From Candidatus Latescibacterota bacterium (lineage in GTDB: Bacteria; Latescibacterota; UBA2968; UBA8231): a DNA stretch of 64,000 nucleotides. The DNA is taken from contig OZ241867.1 of NCBI GenBank assembly GCA_965203175.1, positions 832,001 through 896,000 on the forward strand, written 5' to 3'. The position numbers were made by a program, and so were the translations under genes. Shown here piece by piece: positions 29,112 through 38,582 of this stretch; positions within the stretch are counted from its first letter, which is position 1, and each line of letters opens with the position of its first letter. The notes under the pieces were generated by a model, which saw only the letters and a list, made by a program, of their open reading frames with translations, searched no databases and was not told the origin of the DNA.

Positions 29112-29759
29112 TTAAGCGAGGCGGGCGAGCGCCTCTTGTCGGCTGATGCGGCGGAAGGATTGTTCGAGCACGGGACCTTGACCCTGCCAGCCCTCCTCGC
29201 GTTCGCCGTCGGGCACGGAGTCGCAGACGCTTTGGCACCAATCGGCGAGCGGATCTGCTGGGCAGCGGATCACCAAGTCGGGGTCGGCGACCGCGCCGGT
29301 GGCCGAATACGCATAGCAGGTTTCGATGAGCCGCTCGGCCGAGGCTAGCTGCTGACGCTGGTATTCACACGGGATTGGAGGACCGTCGGGCACGAGCAGG
29401 ATGTTGACGCCGCGGTCAGTAATCGCGTTGAGCCGCTCGACCGCATCCGTGCCGACCAGCACGTCCTTGTGCTCCGGCCAGATGTCGAACATCCCGTAAG
29501 CCGCCTTGGGCTCACGCGATTGGAAGGTGAAGTTATCGGGGTACGCGAAAAAATCCTCGCCCGTGGCGCGATAGGTATTGTAAAAGGCAGTTACGTGGGC
29601 CATGATCAAATTAATGGCCCCGATGCCCTCAAGGCGATTGGGCGCTAGCACCCCCAGCCTCTTGGTATTGGTAAAGCCGCGGAAGTACTCCGCCAGCGCG
29701 ACCGGTTGGCCGCTGACAAGTATCTCAAAATCGCTGTCGCCGAGTGTTGAACTGTGCAT
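29112..29759 (-). CDS. Conserved hypothetical protein
   Basis: 215-aa ORF with host-like codon usage, 18 nt upstream of phyH; no family recognised with confidence. Confidence 0.7.
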   Translation of the reverse strand: MHSSTLGDSDFEILVSGQPVALAEYFRGFTNTKRLGVLAPNRLEGIGAINLIMAHVTAFYNTYRATGEDFFAYPDNFTFQSREPKAAYGMFDIWPEHKDVLVGTDAVERLNAITDRGVNILLVPDGPPIPCEYQRQQLASAERLIETCYAYSATGAVADPDLVIRCPADPLADWCQSVCDSVPDGEREEGWQGQGPVLEQSFRRISRQEALARLA

Positions 29760-29782
29760 GGATGCGTCCGTCTAAAAGCCCT

Positions 29783-30022
29783 TCACGGCAGATATTTCAT
29801 AATCGTCGCCACTGCCACAACGGCACCGATGGTAATGTACAGGTTGCGGTTCAGTCCCTTGTGCAATTCGGTTTTGAGTTCGGCCATCGCGCTTTCGAGG
29901 CGGGTGCTCTCGGCCTTGATTTGACCTTCGAGGCGGGCGACATCGGCTTTCGTGGCGAGATGCTCATAGACGCCTTCGAGCCGCGCCAGACGCTCTTCCG
30001 GGGTCAGAGGGGAGTTGGTCAT
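29783..30022 (-). CDS. Small coiled-coil membrane-anchored protein (DUF1640/CCDC90-like)
   Basis: AAGGA RBS; HLATKADV motif, coiled coil, C-terminal TM helix. Confidence 0.75.
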   Translation of the reverse strand: MTNSPLTPEERLARLEGVYEHLATKADVARLEGQIKAESTRLESAMAELKTELHKGLNRNLYITIGAVVAVATIMKYLP

Positions 30023-30373
30023 AGCTAGTTTCCTTAATGATTGTAGCGAAAGTACTGTATAGTATAGGGGGGTGTCAATTTCCAAGCTACCTTGCACGGT
30101 TGCGAGGATGGGACGGCTGCATGGGGCCGACCGCGAAACGCCCCAAAGAGACGCAACAAGCGGGCGGCCCTCATTTTGCAAAAGCAATATCCGGGCCAGC
30201 GTCGCTGGGCTGGTAGCGGGGGCTTGTGGGCGGTTCCTACTGTGTCGGTAAGCACACACCGATGGGTTGTTTACGCGCCTGTCGTCGGAGTTGTATTCTA
30301 CCGGCTCCAAGGTGGCGATTTCGTCGAGTCAGGAAGCTGCTGCTCAGATAGCGCGGCGTCATTGCGACAGCCT

Positions 30374-31159
30374 CTACTCCAGCAGAATGCCGCCGTCGAG
30401 GACGATGTTTTTACCCGTCATCGACGGGGTTCTGCACAGCATTTCAAAAACGTAAAGCAAATGCACAGGGGGGACTTCCTGATTCCACACCTTCATTAGG
30501 TTTTTGACCCCGTCAATGGCCTCGCGCGGCGTGTTAGAAATCATCTGGCCACTGACGATAACCGGGCTGATAGAATTGACGCGAATCCCGAATTCCTTAC
30601 CCGCCTGTACCGTATAGTTGCGGCTGAGCCCGAGCAGAGCCGCCTTGCTGCAAACATAGGGTGCCCCCACGTACAACCCGCCCACCAATGCGGCCAGCGA
30701 CACAATGTTGATGATTTGCCGGTCGCCGCTGCCATGCTGCATCAAGCCGACCGCGCCTTGGCTCATAAAGGCCGCGCCTTTTGCATTTACATTGAGGACG
30801 CGATCCCAGTTGTCCTCGGTCATGTCGAGCAACTTCACCTCGCTGAGGAGCCCGGCGTTGTTGATGAGCAGATCAAGACCGTCGTACCGTTCGGCTATTT
30901 CAGCGTAGAAGGATTTGATCTGGGCAACATCGCTGAGATCCACGCGATGGGCGCTGTATTCACCACCGTAGGACGCGACGGCCTCCTCAGCCTCTTCTTG
31001 CGGCACCACATCTACCAGAATGGGAGTCCCGCCGCGCGAGGCGATAAAGGTCGCAAAGAGTTTGCCAATCGTCCCACTGGAGCCGGTGATAATGCAGCGC
31101 CGACCCTTGAGGTATTCTTCCATCGTTACGTACTGCTCAAATCCCGTACTACCGTTCAT
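30374..31159 (-). CDS. SDR family oxidoreductase
   Basis: TGSSGTIG, NNAG, YVCSK; the start may be the later MEEYLK. Confidence 0.88.
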   Translation of the reverse strand: MNGSTGFEQYVTMEEYLKGRRCIITGSSGTIGKLFATFIASRGGTPILVDVVPQEEAEEAVASYGGEYSAHRVDLSDVAQIKSFYAEIAERYDGLDLLINNAGLLSEVKLLDMTEDNWDRVLNVNAKGAAFMSQGAVGLMQHGSGDRQIINIVSLAALVGGLYVGAPYVCSKAALLGLSRNYTVQAGKEFGIRVNSISPVIVSGQMISNTPREAIDGVKNLMKVWNQEVPPVHLLYVFEMLCRTPSMTGKNIVLDGGILLE

Positions 31160-31350
31160 AGTCTGCGTCTCCTAGTGTTCATTAGTTAGGATGCGAGTGA
31201 TCAATGTGCAGGGCATTAAAAGACCCTTTCGCATACTAGTCAAGGAATGGGACTCCACGCCAACAGACGGCATCCTTCCTTGACTAGGCCGCGAAAAATC
31301 TCTTTATCCATACACGCAAACCACGCACCAATTAAAAAGGAGCCAATCCA

Positions 31351-32427
31351 TTGACTGAATCTACCCGCCAAAATATTCAACCGGACGACCTGAAGAACTT
31401 TTGCACCGCCGCCATGGTCAAAGCCGGCCTCAGCCAAGAAGACGCCGCACTAAGTGCCCACGTCTTCGTCACCACCGACACTTGGGGCACCTTTACGCAC
31501 GGCACCCGGCAGATTCGCGGCTTGATGCAGAATGCGCGGCGCGGCCGTCTGGTCGCGACCGCGAAAGAGAAAATCGTCGATGATGGACCATCCTGGGCCA
31601 TCATCGACGCCTGCGACGGCATGCCGCCCGCCATCTCCTGCCGCGCCGTGGAGTTGGCCGTTGCCAAAGCCCGCCGAAGCGGCATGTGCTATATCGGCAT
31701 CCGGGGCAGCAGCCACTACGGTGCCGCCGGATTTTACGCCAACATGATCGCCGAAAACAACATGATCGGTCTGTCCATGTGCAATGTAGAACCCTGCATG
31801 ACCGTGCCCGGCGGCAAGAGCAGAGTGCTGGGAACCAACCCGATCGCCTACGCCGCACCCACCGGCACCGACCGCACCGTCATGCTCGACATTGCCACCA
31901 GCGCGGTTGCGGCCACCAAAATATTCGCGGCCAAAAACGAAGGGCGCAGCATTCCCGACACCTGGCTGGTGGACGAAGAGGGCATCCCAACGACCGATCC
32001 CACCGAATTTCCGGAAAAAGGCGCGCAGTTACCCATGGCCGGGCACAAAGGGTACGGATTGGCCGTGCTGGTAGAACTGCTGACGGCCACCCTTAGCGGA
32101 GCGGCGATGATGAGCAGCGTCCAGAGCTGGGTCGCCGATACGGACGAGCCCTCGAACCAGGGTCATGCCTTTATCGCCATCGACGTCGGCGCAATGATGC
32201 CGCTGGAGGAATTCCACGCCCGCATGGACGTCATGTGCAAAGAGATCAAGAGCGCTTCTCCAGCCAAAGGCGGGACCATCTTCCTGCCGGGCGAGATCGA
32301 GTGGAACCAGCGGGAGCAAGCGCTAGCCGAAGGTATTGTCATGCCCGAGGACGTCTTGATCAGTCTGCGAGGACTGGCCGAAGACAGCGGCCTCGACCCC
32401 GCGGATTTCAATCTGGACTTGGGCTGA
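31351..32427 (+). CDS. Ldh_2 family oxidoreductase (malate/L-lactate/sulfolactate dehydrogenase-like)
   Basis: THG, SHYGAAG, GTNPIA, LDIATS, GHKGYGL, LPGE; TTG start with AGGAG RBS. Confidence 0.9.
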   Translation: MTESTRQNIQPDDLKNFCTAAMVKAGLSQEDAALSAHVFVTTDTWGTFTHGTRQIRGLMQNARRGRLVATAKEKIVDDGPSWAIIDACDGMPPAISCRAVELAVAKARRSGMCYIGIRGSSHYGAAGFYANMIAENNMIGLSMCNVEPCMTVPGGKSRVLGTNPIAYAAPTGTDRTVMLDIATSAVAATKIFAAKNEGRSIPDTWLVDEEGIPTTDPTEFPEKGAQLPMAGHKGYGLAVLVELLTATLSGAAMMSSVQSWVADTDEPSNQGHAFIAIDVGAMMPLEEFHARMDVMCKEIKSASPAKGGTIFLPGEIEWNQREQALAEGIVMPEDVLISLRGLAEDSGLDPADFNLDLG

Positions 32428-32436
32428 GCAGCCACT

Positions 32437-33831
32437 TCATCCCTGCTCGAAGTACCTCGCCAACGCCCGCTCCGGCGGCCACAAGTCGAGTAGTTCGACA
32501 GCCTCCGCCAGCGGCGTGCCGGCAAAGGACGCCTCCAACTCCTCCCGCGTGCGCCGCCGCGCCGGACGCTCGTCCAGATTGGCCACCTCGAACAGCACCT
32601 GCGCATTGATCGCCGCGCACTCGCTCAGGCCCTGAGGATAGACCTTGTCCGCAGTATCGGCTCGGCTGTGGCCATAGAAGCGATCCTCGGGCCACACCGA
32701 CTCCGTGCCCAGCCCCACGGTAGGCACGCCGTGGGCGAAGAACGGGAAGTGATCCGAACCCCAACTCGTCGTGCCGCAGGACGCGCCAAAGGGCTTTTCG
32801 AGTCCATCCACGCGCACGCGACTCGCCACTGTCTCTAGGATCGGCAGCAGATCCTCTGCCCCAGCAATTCCCAACCCCGAGGGCCGGCCGCCAACGTCGT
32901 TGTTGATCATCAGCCAAGTGTCGTCGAGTTCGCCAGCGTGGCAGTGCGTGTACGCCCAAGATCCGACTAATCCCGACTCCTCTACCCCAAAGGCCACGAA
33001 CCGCACCGTGCGCCGCAGATGCTCGCGGTGCACGGCGAGCGCGCGCGCCGCCTCGACCACGGCGACCACGCCCGCGGCGTTGTCAATAGCACCGGGACCC
33101 ACGTGCCAAGTGTCGTAATGACCGCCGCAAACCAATATCTCCTGCGGATACTCAGCTCCGGTCAACTCGCCGACCACGTTCCACGACTCCTTGGGCTCAA
33201 TGCGGCTGTCGAGCACCAACCGCAGCCGCACCGGTCCACGCCGCTGCTGCAGACGCTTGAGGTACTCGGCGTCTTCGAGACTAATCGAGGCCACCGGCAG
33301 GTCCCCGACCCGTTGGAAGCAACAGGTGCGGGCCGGCTGCAAGGCACCGGCGTAGTTGCGGTGCTCAAGCAGCGCCACCGCGCCGAAACGCGCTGCCAAG
33401 GGCGTCTTCAACTGGCGGGCAAAGGGGTAGTAGGGTGCCACCGCAATGCGGCCTCGCACCTCGTCGGCCCGCTGCGCCAGCTCCTCAGCGTCGCAGCGCT
33501 CAAGGAACACAACCTCCCCTTCCACTCCTTGCTCTGAAGTCGAAGGCGACAGCCCTCCACACCGGCAGGGGATCGAGCGTCCTGCCTCCGGTGCCACCAC
33601 GGTCAACTCCTCGCGCTGCGGCCGCCAAGCGCGGTACTCGAAAGGCTCCAAGCGGACGCGGTCAAGCCCATAGCGCTGAAAAGTCTCCATCAGGAAGTCC
33701 CGGGCCCGCACCTCCCCCTCGCTGCCAGCTACGCGCATGCCGATGTCGTCGGCCAGCACGAGCAGGTTTTCCCAAGCCTCGGACCGCGCCTCAGTCTCGG
33801 CGACGATTGCTTCTTCGATTTTGTTTTCCAT
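32437..33831 (-). CDS. M28 family peptidase with PA domain
   Basis: GHYDT, GAIDNAAG, GVEESGLVGS, SDHFPF, HSRADT; start MENKIEE. Confidence 0.9.
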   Translation of the reverse strand: MENKIEEAIVAETEARSEAWENLLVLADDIGMRVAGSEGEVRARDFLMETFQRYGLDRVRLEPFEYRAWRPQREELTVVAPEAGRSIPCRCGGLSPSTSEQGVEGEVVFLERCDAEELAQRADEVRGRIAVAPYYPFARQLKTPLAARFGAVALLEHRNYAGALQPARTCCFQRVGDLPVASISLEDAEYLKRLQQRRGPVRLRLVLDSRIEPKESWNVVGELTGAEYPQEILVCGGHYDTWHVGPGAIDNAAGVVAVVEAARALAVHREHLRRTVRFVAFGVEESGLVGSWAYTHCHAGELDDTWLMINNDVGGRPSGLGIAGAEDLLPILETVASRVRVDGLEKPFGASCGTTSWGSDHFPFFAHGVPTVGLGTESVWPEDRFYGHSRADTADKVYPQGLSECAAINAQVLFEVANLDERPARRRTREELEASFAGTPLAEAVELLDLWPPERALARYFEQG

Positions 33832-33838
33832 TGCTACC

Positions 33839-35317
33839 TCAAAGCCACCGCGACAACACCGTCTTCTGCCGCGTGTAGAACAGAATTCCCTCAGTCCCCT
33901 GTACGTGCAGGTCGCCAAAGAACGACTGGTCCCAGCCAGAAAACGAGAACAGGGCCATGGGAGCCGGTACGCCCACATTCACGCCAATCATCCCACACTC
34001 CACATCGCGCGTAAAGGTACGGGCCGCACCCCCATCGTGGGTGAAAATGGTCGCCGCATTGCCGTACGGGATGCGGTTGATCCAGTCAATCGCCTGGTCC
34101 AGCGTCTCGGGCCGCATCAGCCCCAAGACCGGGCCAAACAGCTCCTCCGCGAACAAGCCATGACCGGGAGTTACGCCATCGAGCAGGGTCGGCCCGACGT
34201 AGAAACCAGTGTCCGGCACGCCGTCGCGCCCGTCGCGCACCACAGCCAAGTCCGCCGAGGCAGCATCGGCGATGCGACCGACGAGGCGTTGTTGAGCGGC
34301 ACCGTCGATAACCGGCCCCATGTCCACATCGTCGCGCAAGGTGTCCCCCACCGTCATCGTATCCATGGCAGAGGCTAGCTGGTCGCGCAGGCCGTCACTG
34401 GCGTTGCCAATGCCCATCAGCAGGGAGCCAGCCATGCAGCGCTGGCCGGCACAGCCAAAGGCCGAGTGCATAACCGCGTTCAGCGCCGGATCTGCCGCGG
34501 CCGCCTCGCCGAACAGGCCGGATTCGACCGCGTCGGGCATGACGAGCAGTACGTTTTTGGCTCCGCCCGCCGCCTGACAGCGCTTGCCCGTCTGTCCGGT
34601 CAGCTCGTACACCCGACGCGCCACCGGCGACGAACCGACAAAGGAAATCGCCGCAATACCGGGGTGCCGACAGAGAGCTTCGACCACATCCCGACCGCCG
34701 TGCACCACGTTCAGCACCCCCGGCGGGAGCCCCGCCTCAATGAACAGTTCTGCCAAGTGGTTGGCCGTAAACGGCACCTTCTCGCTCGGCTTCAGCACAA
34801 AGCAGTTGCCGCAGGCGATGGCCAGCGGGTACATCCACATGGGCACCATGGCCGGAAAGTTAAACGGCGTGATGCCAGCGCACACACCCACCGGCTCGCG
34901 CGTGGCAGCGCCATCAATGCCAGCGGCCAGCTCCGGCAGCACCTCGCCCTTGGCCAACTGGCCGATACCGCAGGCGAGCTCGACGACCTCAATGCCTCGG
35001 CGCACATCGCCCCGCGCTTCCTCGCGGGTCTTGCCGTTCTCGCCGCAGAGAATCTCAGCCAGATGCTCGAACTGCTCCTCCAGCAGCTCGCGGTAGCGGA
35101 ACAAAACCCGCGCCCGTTCCGGTGCTGGCGTCGCCGACCAGCCCGCAAAGGCCCGGCTCGCCGCCTCCACCGCTAGATCGACTTCGACGCGGTCGCAATG
35201 CGGCGTGCGTCCGATCACTTCTCCAGTGGCGGGACGGTACACCGGCGTGTGGGCCTCGACTTCCGGCGTTATCCAGTGCTCGCCGATAAGAATGGGAATG
35301 GCGTCAGTTGGGGTCAT
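33839..35317 (-). CDS. mmsA: CoA-acylating methylmalonate-semialdehyde dehydrogenase
   Basis: PFNFPAMVPMW, FVGSS, GGAKN, AGQRCMA, NVGVPAP, FFGDLH. Confidence 0.9.
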   Translation of the reverse strand: MTPTDAIPILIGEHWITPEVEAHTPVYRPATGEVIGRTPHCDRVEVDLAVEAASRAFAGWSATPAPERARVLFRYRELLEEQFEHLAEILCGENGKTREEARGDVRRGIEVVELACGIGQLAKGEVLPELAAGIDGAATREPVGVCAGITPFNFPAMVPMWMYPLAIACGNCFVLKPSEKVPFTANHLAELFIEAGLPPGVLNVVHGGRDVVEALCRHPGIAAISFVGSSPVARRVYELTGQTGKRCQAAGGAKNVLLVMPDAVESGLFGEAAAADPALNAVMHSAFGCAGQRCMAGSLLMGIGNASDGLRDQLASAMDTMTVGDTLRDDVDMGPVIDGAAQQRLVGRIADAASADLAVVRDGRDGVPDTGFYVGPTLLDGVTPGHGLFAEELFGPVLGLMRPETLDQAIDWINRIPYGNAATIFTHDGGAARTFTRDVECGMIGVNVGVPAPMALFSFSGWDQSFFGDLHVQGTEGILFYTRQKTVLSRWL

Positions 35318-35412
35318 GGTTTGATCCTTTTTTGTCGGAATGTGGCCTTCTGGCGAAAGATAGCTGGAGCCATCGAGCCGTCAATGCTTGCAAGCCGTCC
35401 AAGAAATTTTAC

Positions 35413-35426
35413 CTTTACTAGTAAAG
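35413..35426. promoter_or_regulatory. Palindromic operator upstream of the TA operon
   Basis: Perfect 14-bp palindrome CTTTACTAGTAAAG in the AT-rich promoter region. Confidence 0.6.
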
Positions 35427-35474
35427 AATACAAGGAACTTTACTTTCTTTACCTTTAACAAGGTCACTCTACTT

Positions 35475-35696
35475 ATGGCCCCGATCAAAATCAGCACGAT
35501 CTCATCCAAAGGCCAAACCACAGTTCCCGTAGCCATTCGCCGCACCCTTGATCTACATCCGGGGGACGCCATCGCCTATGAAGTAGAGGGCGATAAGGTC
35601 AGCATCCACAAAGCCGCGAAAATCGACTTGGAGTGGGCCAAGGCCCTCGAACAGACCCTGACGGAGTGGCAGGACGAGGAGGACGATGATCTGTAG
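35475..35696 (+). CDS. AbrB/MazE/SpoVT family antitoxin
   Basis: STISSKGQTTVPVAIRRTLDLHPGD; acidic tail; overlaps the toxin gene. Confidence 0.9.
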   Translation: MAPIKISTISSKGQTTVPVAIRRTLDLHPGDAIAYEVEGDKVSIHKAAKIDLEWAKALEQTLTEWQDEEDDDL

Positions 35697-36021
35697 CCGT
35701 TTTGACATCGTCGAAGTGCCCTTTCCGTTTAGCGATCTGCCCCGTTCCAAACGTCGCAAGGCACTGGTCCTGTCCGACTCTGTTTTCAACCAGAAAAACG
35801 CCTCTAGTCTGCTCTTGATGATCACCAGCGCTACCCGCAGCGCTTGGCACCTCGATGTATCTCTCGCGCAGTGGAGCCAAGCGGGCTTGCGAAAACCCTG
35901 TCTTGCCCGGATGAAGCTATTCACGTTGGACAACGGACTCCTCCTCAGTAAAGTGGGGCACTTGACCAAGGATGACCAGCAGAGAGTAACTCAGGCGTTG
36001 CGAGCTGCAATACCCCACTGA
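35686..36021 (+). CDS. PemK/MazF family toxin
   Basis: FDIVEVPFPFSD..KRRKALVLS, MITSA, AGLRKPC. Confidence 0.9.
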   Translation: MICSRFDIVEVPFPFSDLPRSKRRKALVLSDSVFNQKNASSLLLMITSATRSAWHLDVSLAQWSQAGLRKPCLARMKLFTLDNGLLLSKVGHLTKDDQQRVTQALRAAIPH

Positions 36022-36090
36022 CTTCTTTACCAGCCGGCCATCGAGGCGGGGCGCGAATCCGGCTGTTAAAGACCGGACAAATCTGCTGGC

Positions 36091-37464
36091 TCAGCGCAGA
36101 ACCGCCAGCGTTTCTGCTGGATGGACGACGAATTCTCTTGGTTGGGTTTTAGCACTCCCCTGCTTGAGCCAAGTCCCTAGGATCGTCTCCCTTTCTCGGG
36201 CTTGGGGAAAGTTTGCCGCGCAGTAGCGCAAACGGTCGAAAACAGCGCCCTGATTCGGCCGCTCTTGCCATTTGACCTCGGCTAGCAACAGGGCCTCACC
36301 ATCGAGGGATTCAGCGACCAAGTCGATCTCCATTGGCTGCCCGTCCAAGCCGCGCCCCCACCATCGCTGTGCTGGTTTCCACCGGATGTTGCCAACGGGC
36401 AGGGCGGCAGTGGAGAGGCGGGCTAGATCCTCCCATATATCGGCGACATGCTGGGCAAAAGTGGTCCTAATAGCGCGGGCTACATCGTCGATTAAATCGC
36501 GTTCCAACAGCGACCGGTTGGGCTGGACATAGCGATACCAGAAGATCAGAAACGGGTCGTTCAGTTTGTATAGAGAGCGCCTAGTCGATTTGGTGGTCTC
36601 ACCAAAGGGCACTTCCCGCCGGATATAGCCCATTTCGATCAACTGGGCGAGGGGGCGGGTCAAATGACCTGCGGGCTTGCCCAGCCGCGCGCCGATTTCG
36701 CTGAGTCGATGGCAGCCATTGGCGATAAGCGACAGCAGGGAATTAGCCTGCACGGTGCTGCGCATATCGTCGAGCAACAAGCGCTCGGGTTCGCTGTGGA
36801 GGACGCCGTATTTATCGAGCACCAGTTCCTCAATGGCAGCTTGCAGGCCGGTGCAATCCCGGGCCAGTTCCCAGTAGCGCGGTACGCCGCCCCAAACCGC
36901 ATACTGTTCAATGGCTTCAGTGTCTTGGACCTCAAGGGCTTGCTGTATCCAAAAGGGGGCTAGCGGACGGATCGCCAGCACTTGATTCGCCCGTCCATAC
37001 AACGGCGCAGCAGGGTTGAGGATTAGGCCCTGCATCATCCCCTGGGACGAACCGCAGATGGCCAAGTGGATGCGGCGGGCGGGACCGTCGAGGAATTTTT
37101 GCACTAGGCTGGGTAATTCGGGTGAGATCTGCGCTAGATAGGGAAACTCGTCCAAGACCAAGCAAGTGCCTCGCTCGGCGCGGGCATCCAAAGTCTGGAG
37201 CAGAACCAGCCAAGACGGGTATTCGACCTCGTCAAAGCCTCGAATGCGCCGGGCCACTTCCCCGGCTAGCGTGCGGCGTTGCAGAGGGGCTTCGCGCTGG
37301 TCGGCCGCGTAGTAGATATCGCCCGGGCGAATCACCTGCTGCAAAAGAGTTGACTTGCCGCATCGACGCCGACCAAAGACCACGATAAAACCGGGCTCTT
37401 GGGCAGCGAGAGCCTTGGTCAGTCGATCAACTTCCCGCGTTCTGTCCAAAAAATCGAGGCGCAT
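36091..37464 (-). CDS. Archaeal-type AAA ATPase with wHTH and C-terminal DUF234 PD-(D/E)XK domain
   Basis: FLDR, GRRRCGKST, LDEF, GGVPRY, DPFLIFW, EIDLV..AEVKW. Confidence 0.88.
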   Translation of the reverse strand: MRLDFLDRTREVDRLTKALAAQEPGFIVVFGRRRCGKSTLLQQVIRPGDIYYAADQREAPLQRRTLAGEVARRIRGFDEVEYPSWLVLLQTLDARAERGTCLVLDEFPYLAQISPELPSLVQKFLDGPARRIHLAICGSSQGMMQGLILNPAAPLYGRANQVLAIRPLAPFWIQQALEVQDTEAIEQYAVWGGVPRYWELARDCTGLQAAIEELVLDKYGVLHSEPERLLLDDMRSTVQANSLLSLIANGCHRLSEIGARLGKPAGHLTRPLAQLIEMGYIRREVPFGETTKSTRRSLYKLNDPFLIFWYRYVQPNRSLLERDLIDDVARAIRTTFAQHVADIWEDLARLSTAALPVGNIRWKPAQRWWGRGLDGQPMEIDLVAESLDGEALLLAEVKWQERPNQGAVFDRLRYCAANFPQARERETILGTWLKQGSAKTQPREFVVHPAETLAVLR

Positions 37465-37494
37465 GGCATAGCTTCTTTATTATGCTTCTCAAAC

Positions 37495-37515
37495 ATTATG
37501 TTTAAGGAACATAAT
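37495..37515. promoter_or_regulatory. Inverted-repeat operator upstream of the ATPase gene
   Basis: ATTATGTT-TAAGG-AACATAAT. Confidence 0.55.
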
Positions 37516-37596
37516 AAAACGTGGATAGAGGATCAAACTTGACGTAGCAGGAGACGTGAAACAGCTTTCGCACCAAGTCTAACGAGGAGACGAACG

Positions 37597-38520
37597 ATGA
37601 ATACGCATCCTACAACCCCGCAAATCCTCTCGGTCGAGAAGATTTGGGACCGCGGCCCCCACAACGCCTTCACCGATCTGGTGCGCTTCGCCGATCGGTG
37701 GTGGTGTACCTTCCGCGAGGCCCAAGATCACGGGCCGAGTATCGGCACCATACGCGTCATTTGCTCAGACGATGGCCACTCCTATGAGTCGGCAGCAGTC
37801 CTAGCAGAACAGGAGATAGACCTGCGCGATCCCAAGCTGTCGATCACCAGCGACGGACGCCTGATGCTGGTCGCCGGCGGCAGCCTGTACGCAGGTACCG
37901 AGTACGGCACCCGCGCGCCGCGCATTGCCTTTTCAGACGACGGCTACATCTGGACTACGCCGCAGAAAGTGCTGGCGGAAGACCACTGGCTGTGGCGCGT
38001 CACCTGGCACGAGGGAATCGCCTACAGCGTATCAAAGCTGGGTGAGGGCTCCTATCCGCGCCGGGGATTCCTCTACTCCAGCACCGACGGTCTCGACTGG
38101 CAGTGGATCACCGAGTTTTTCCTGCCCAACGACACGTGGACGGCCAGCGAGACCACGCTGCGCTTTATGCCTGACGGCACCATGATTGCCTTGGTGCGGC
38201 CCGACTGGATCGGCACCAGCCAGTCGCCGTACACAGACTGGCAGTGGACCCAAATCGACTACCCAATGGGAGGGCCTAATTTTATCCGCTGGTCGGACGG
38301 TGCCCTGTGGGCCAGTGCCCGCAGTCGGCATCCCGACGGCGGCGCAGCCACGGTCCTGGCGCGGATGACGCCGACCAGTTACGAGCCCGTGCTATGGCTA
38401 CCCAGCGGCGGCGACTGTAGCTACCCCGGCATGGTCGAACACGAGGGCCTGCTGTGGATGAGTTACTACTCGTCGCACGAAGGGAAAACCAGTATTTATC
38501 TGGCGCAGATCGCCGTCTAG
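37597..38520 (+). CDS. Sialidase-like/BNR beta-propeller protein
   Basis: HNAFTDL, DLRDPKL, Asp-boxes SDDG and STDG, GGDCSYPG. Confidence 0.8.
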   Translation: MNTHPTTPQILSVEKIWDRGPHNAFTDLVRFADRWWCTFREAQDHGPSIGTIRVICSDDGHSYESAAVLAEQEIDLRDPKLSITSDGRLMLVAGGSLYAGTEYGTRAPRIAFSDDGYIWTTPQKVLAEDHWLWRVTWHEGIAYSVSKLGEGSYPRRGFLYSSTDGLDWQWITEFFLPNDTWTASETTLRFMPDGTMIALVRPDWIGTSQSPYTDWQWTQIDYPMGGPNFIRWSDGALWASARSRHPDGGAATVLARMTPTSYEPVLWLPSGGDCSYPGMVEHEGLLWMSYYSSHEGKTSIYLAQIAV

Positions 38521-38582
38521 GCCGCCGCTGACCCCGCGCGGCGTCTGTCGTATATTACCCAACCCATTAACCGCGAGAAGCC

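Noticed and set aside
30030-30370. Intergenic stretch with a GTAG..CTAC REP-like segment and short ORFs
   Set aside because: No clean palindrome, no second copy and no recognisable protein motif
35159-35171. 13-bp match (CGCCGCCTCCACC) to the tmRNA 3' end as a possible attR
   Set aside because: Lies inside the intact mmsA coding sequence, is short and GC-rich, and no integrase is present; likely chance
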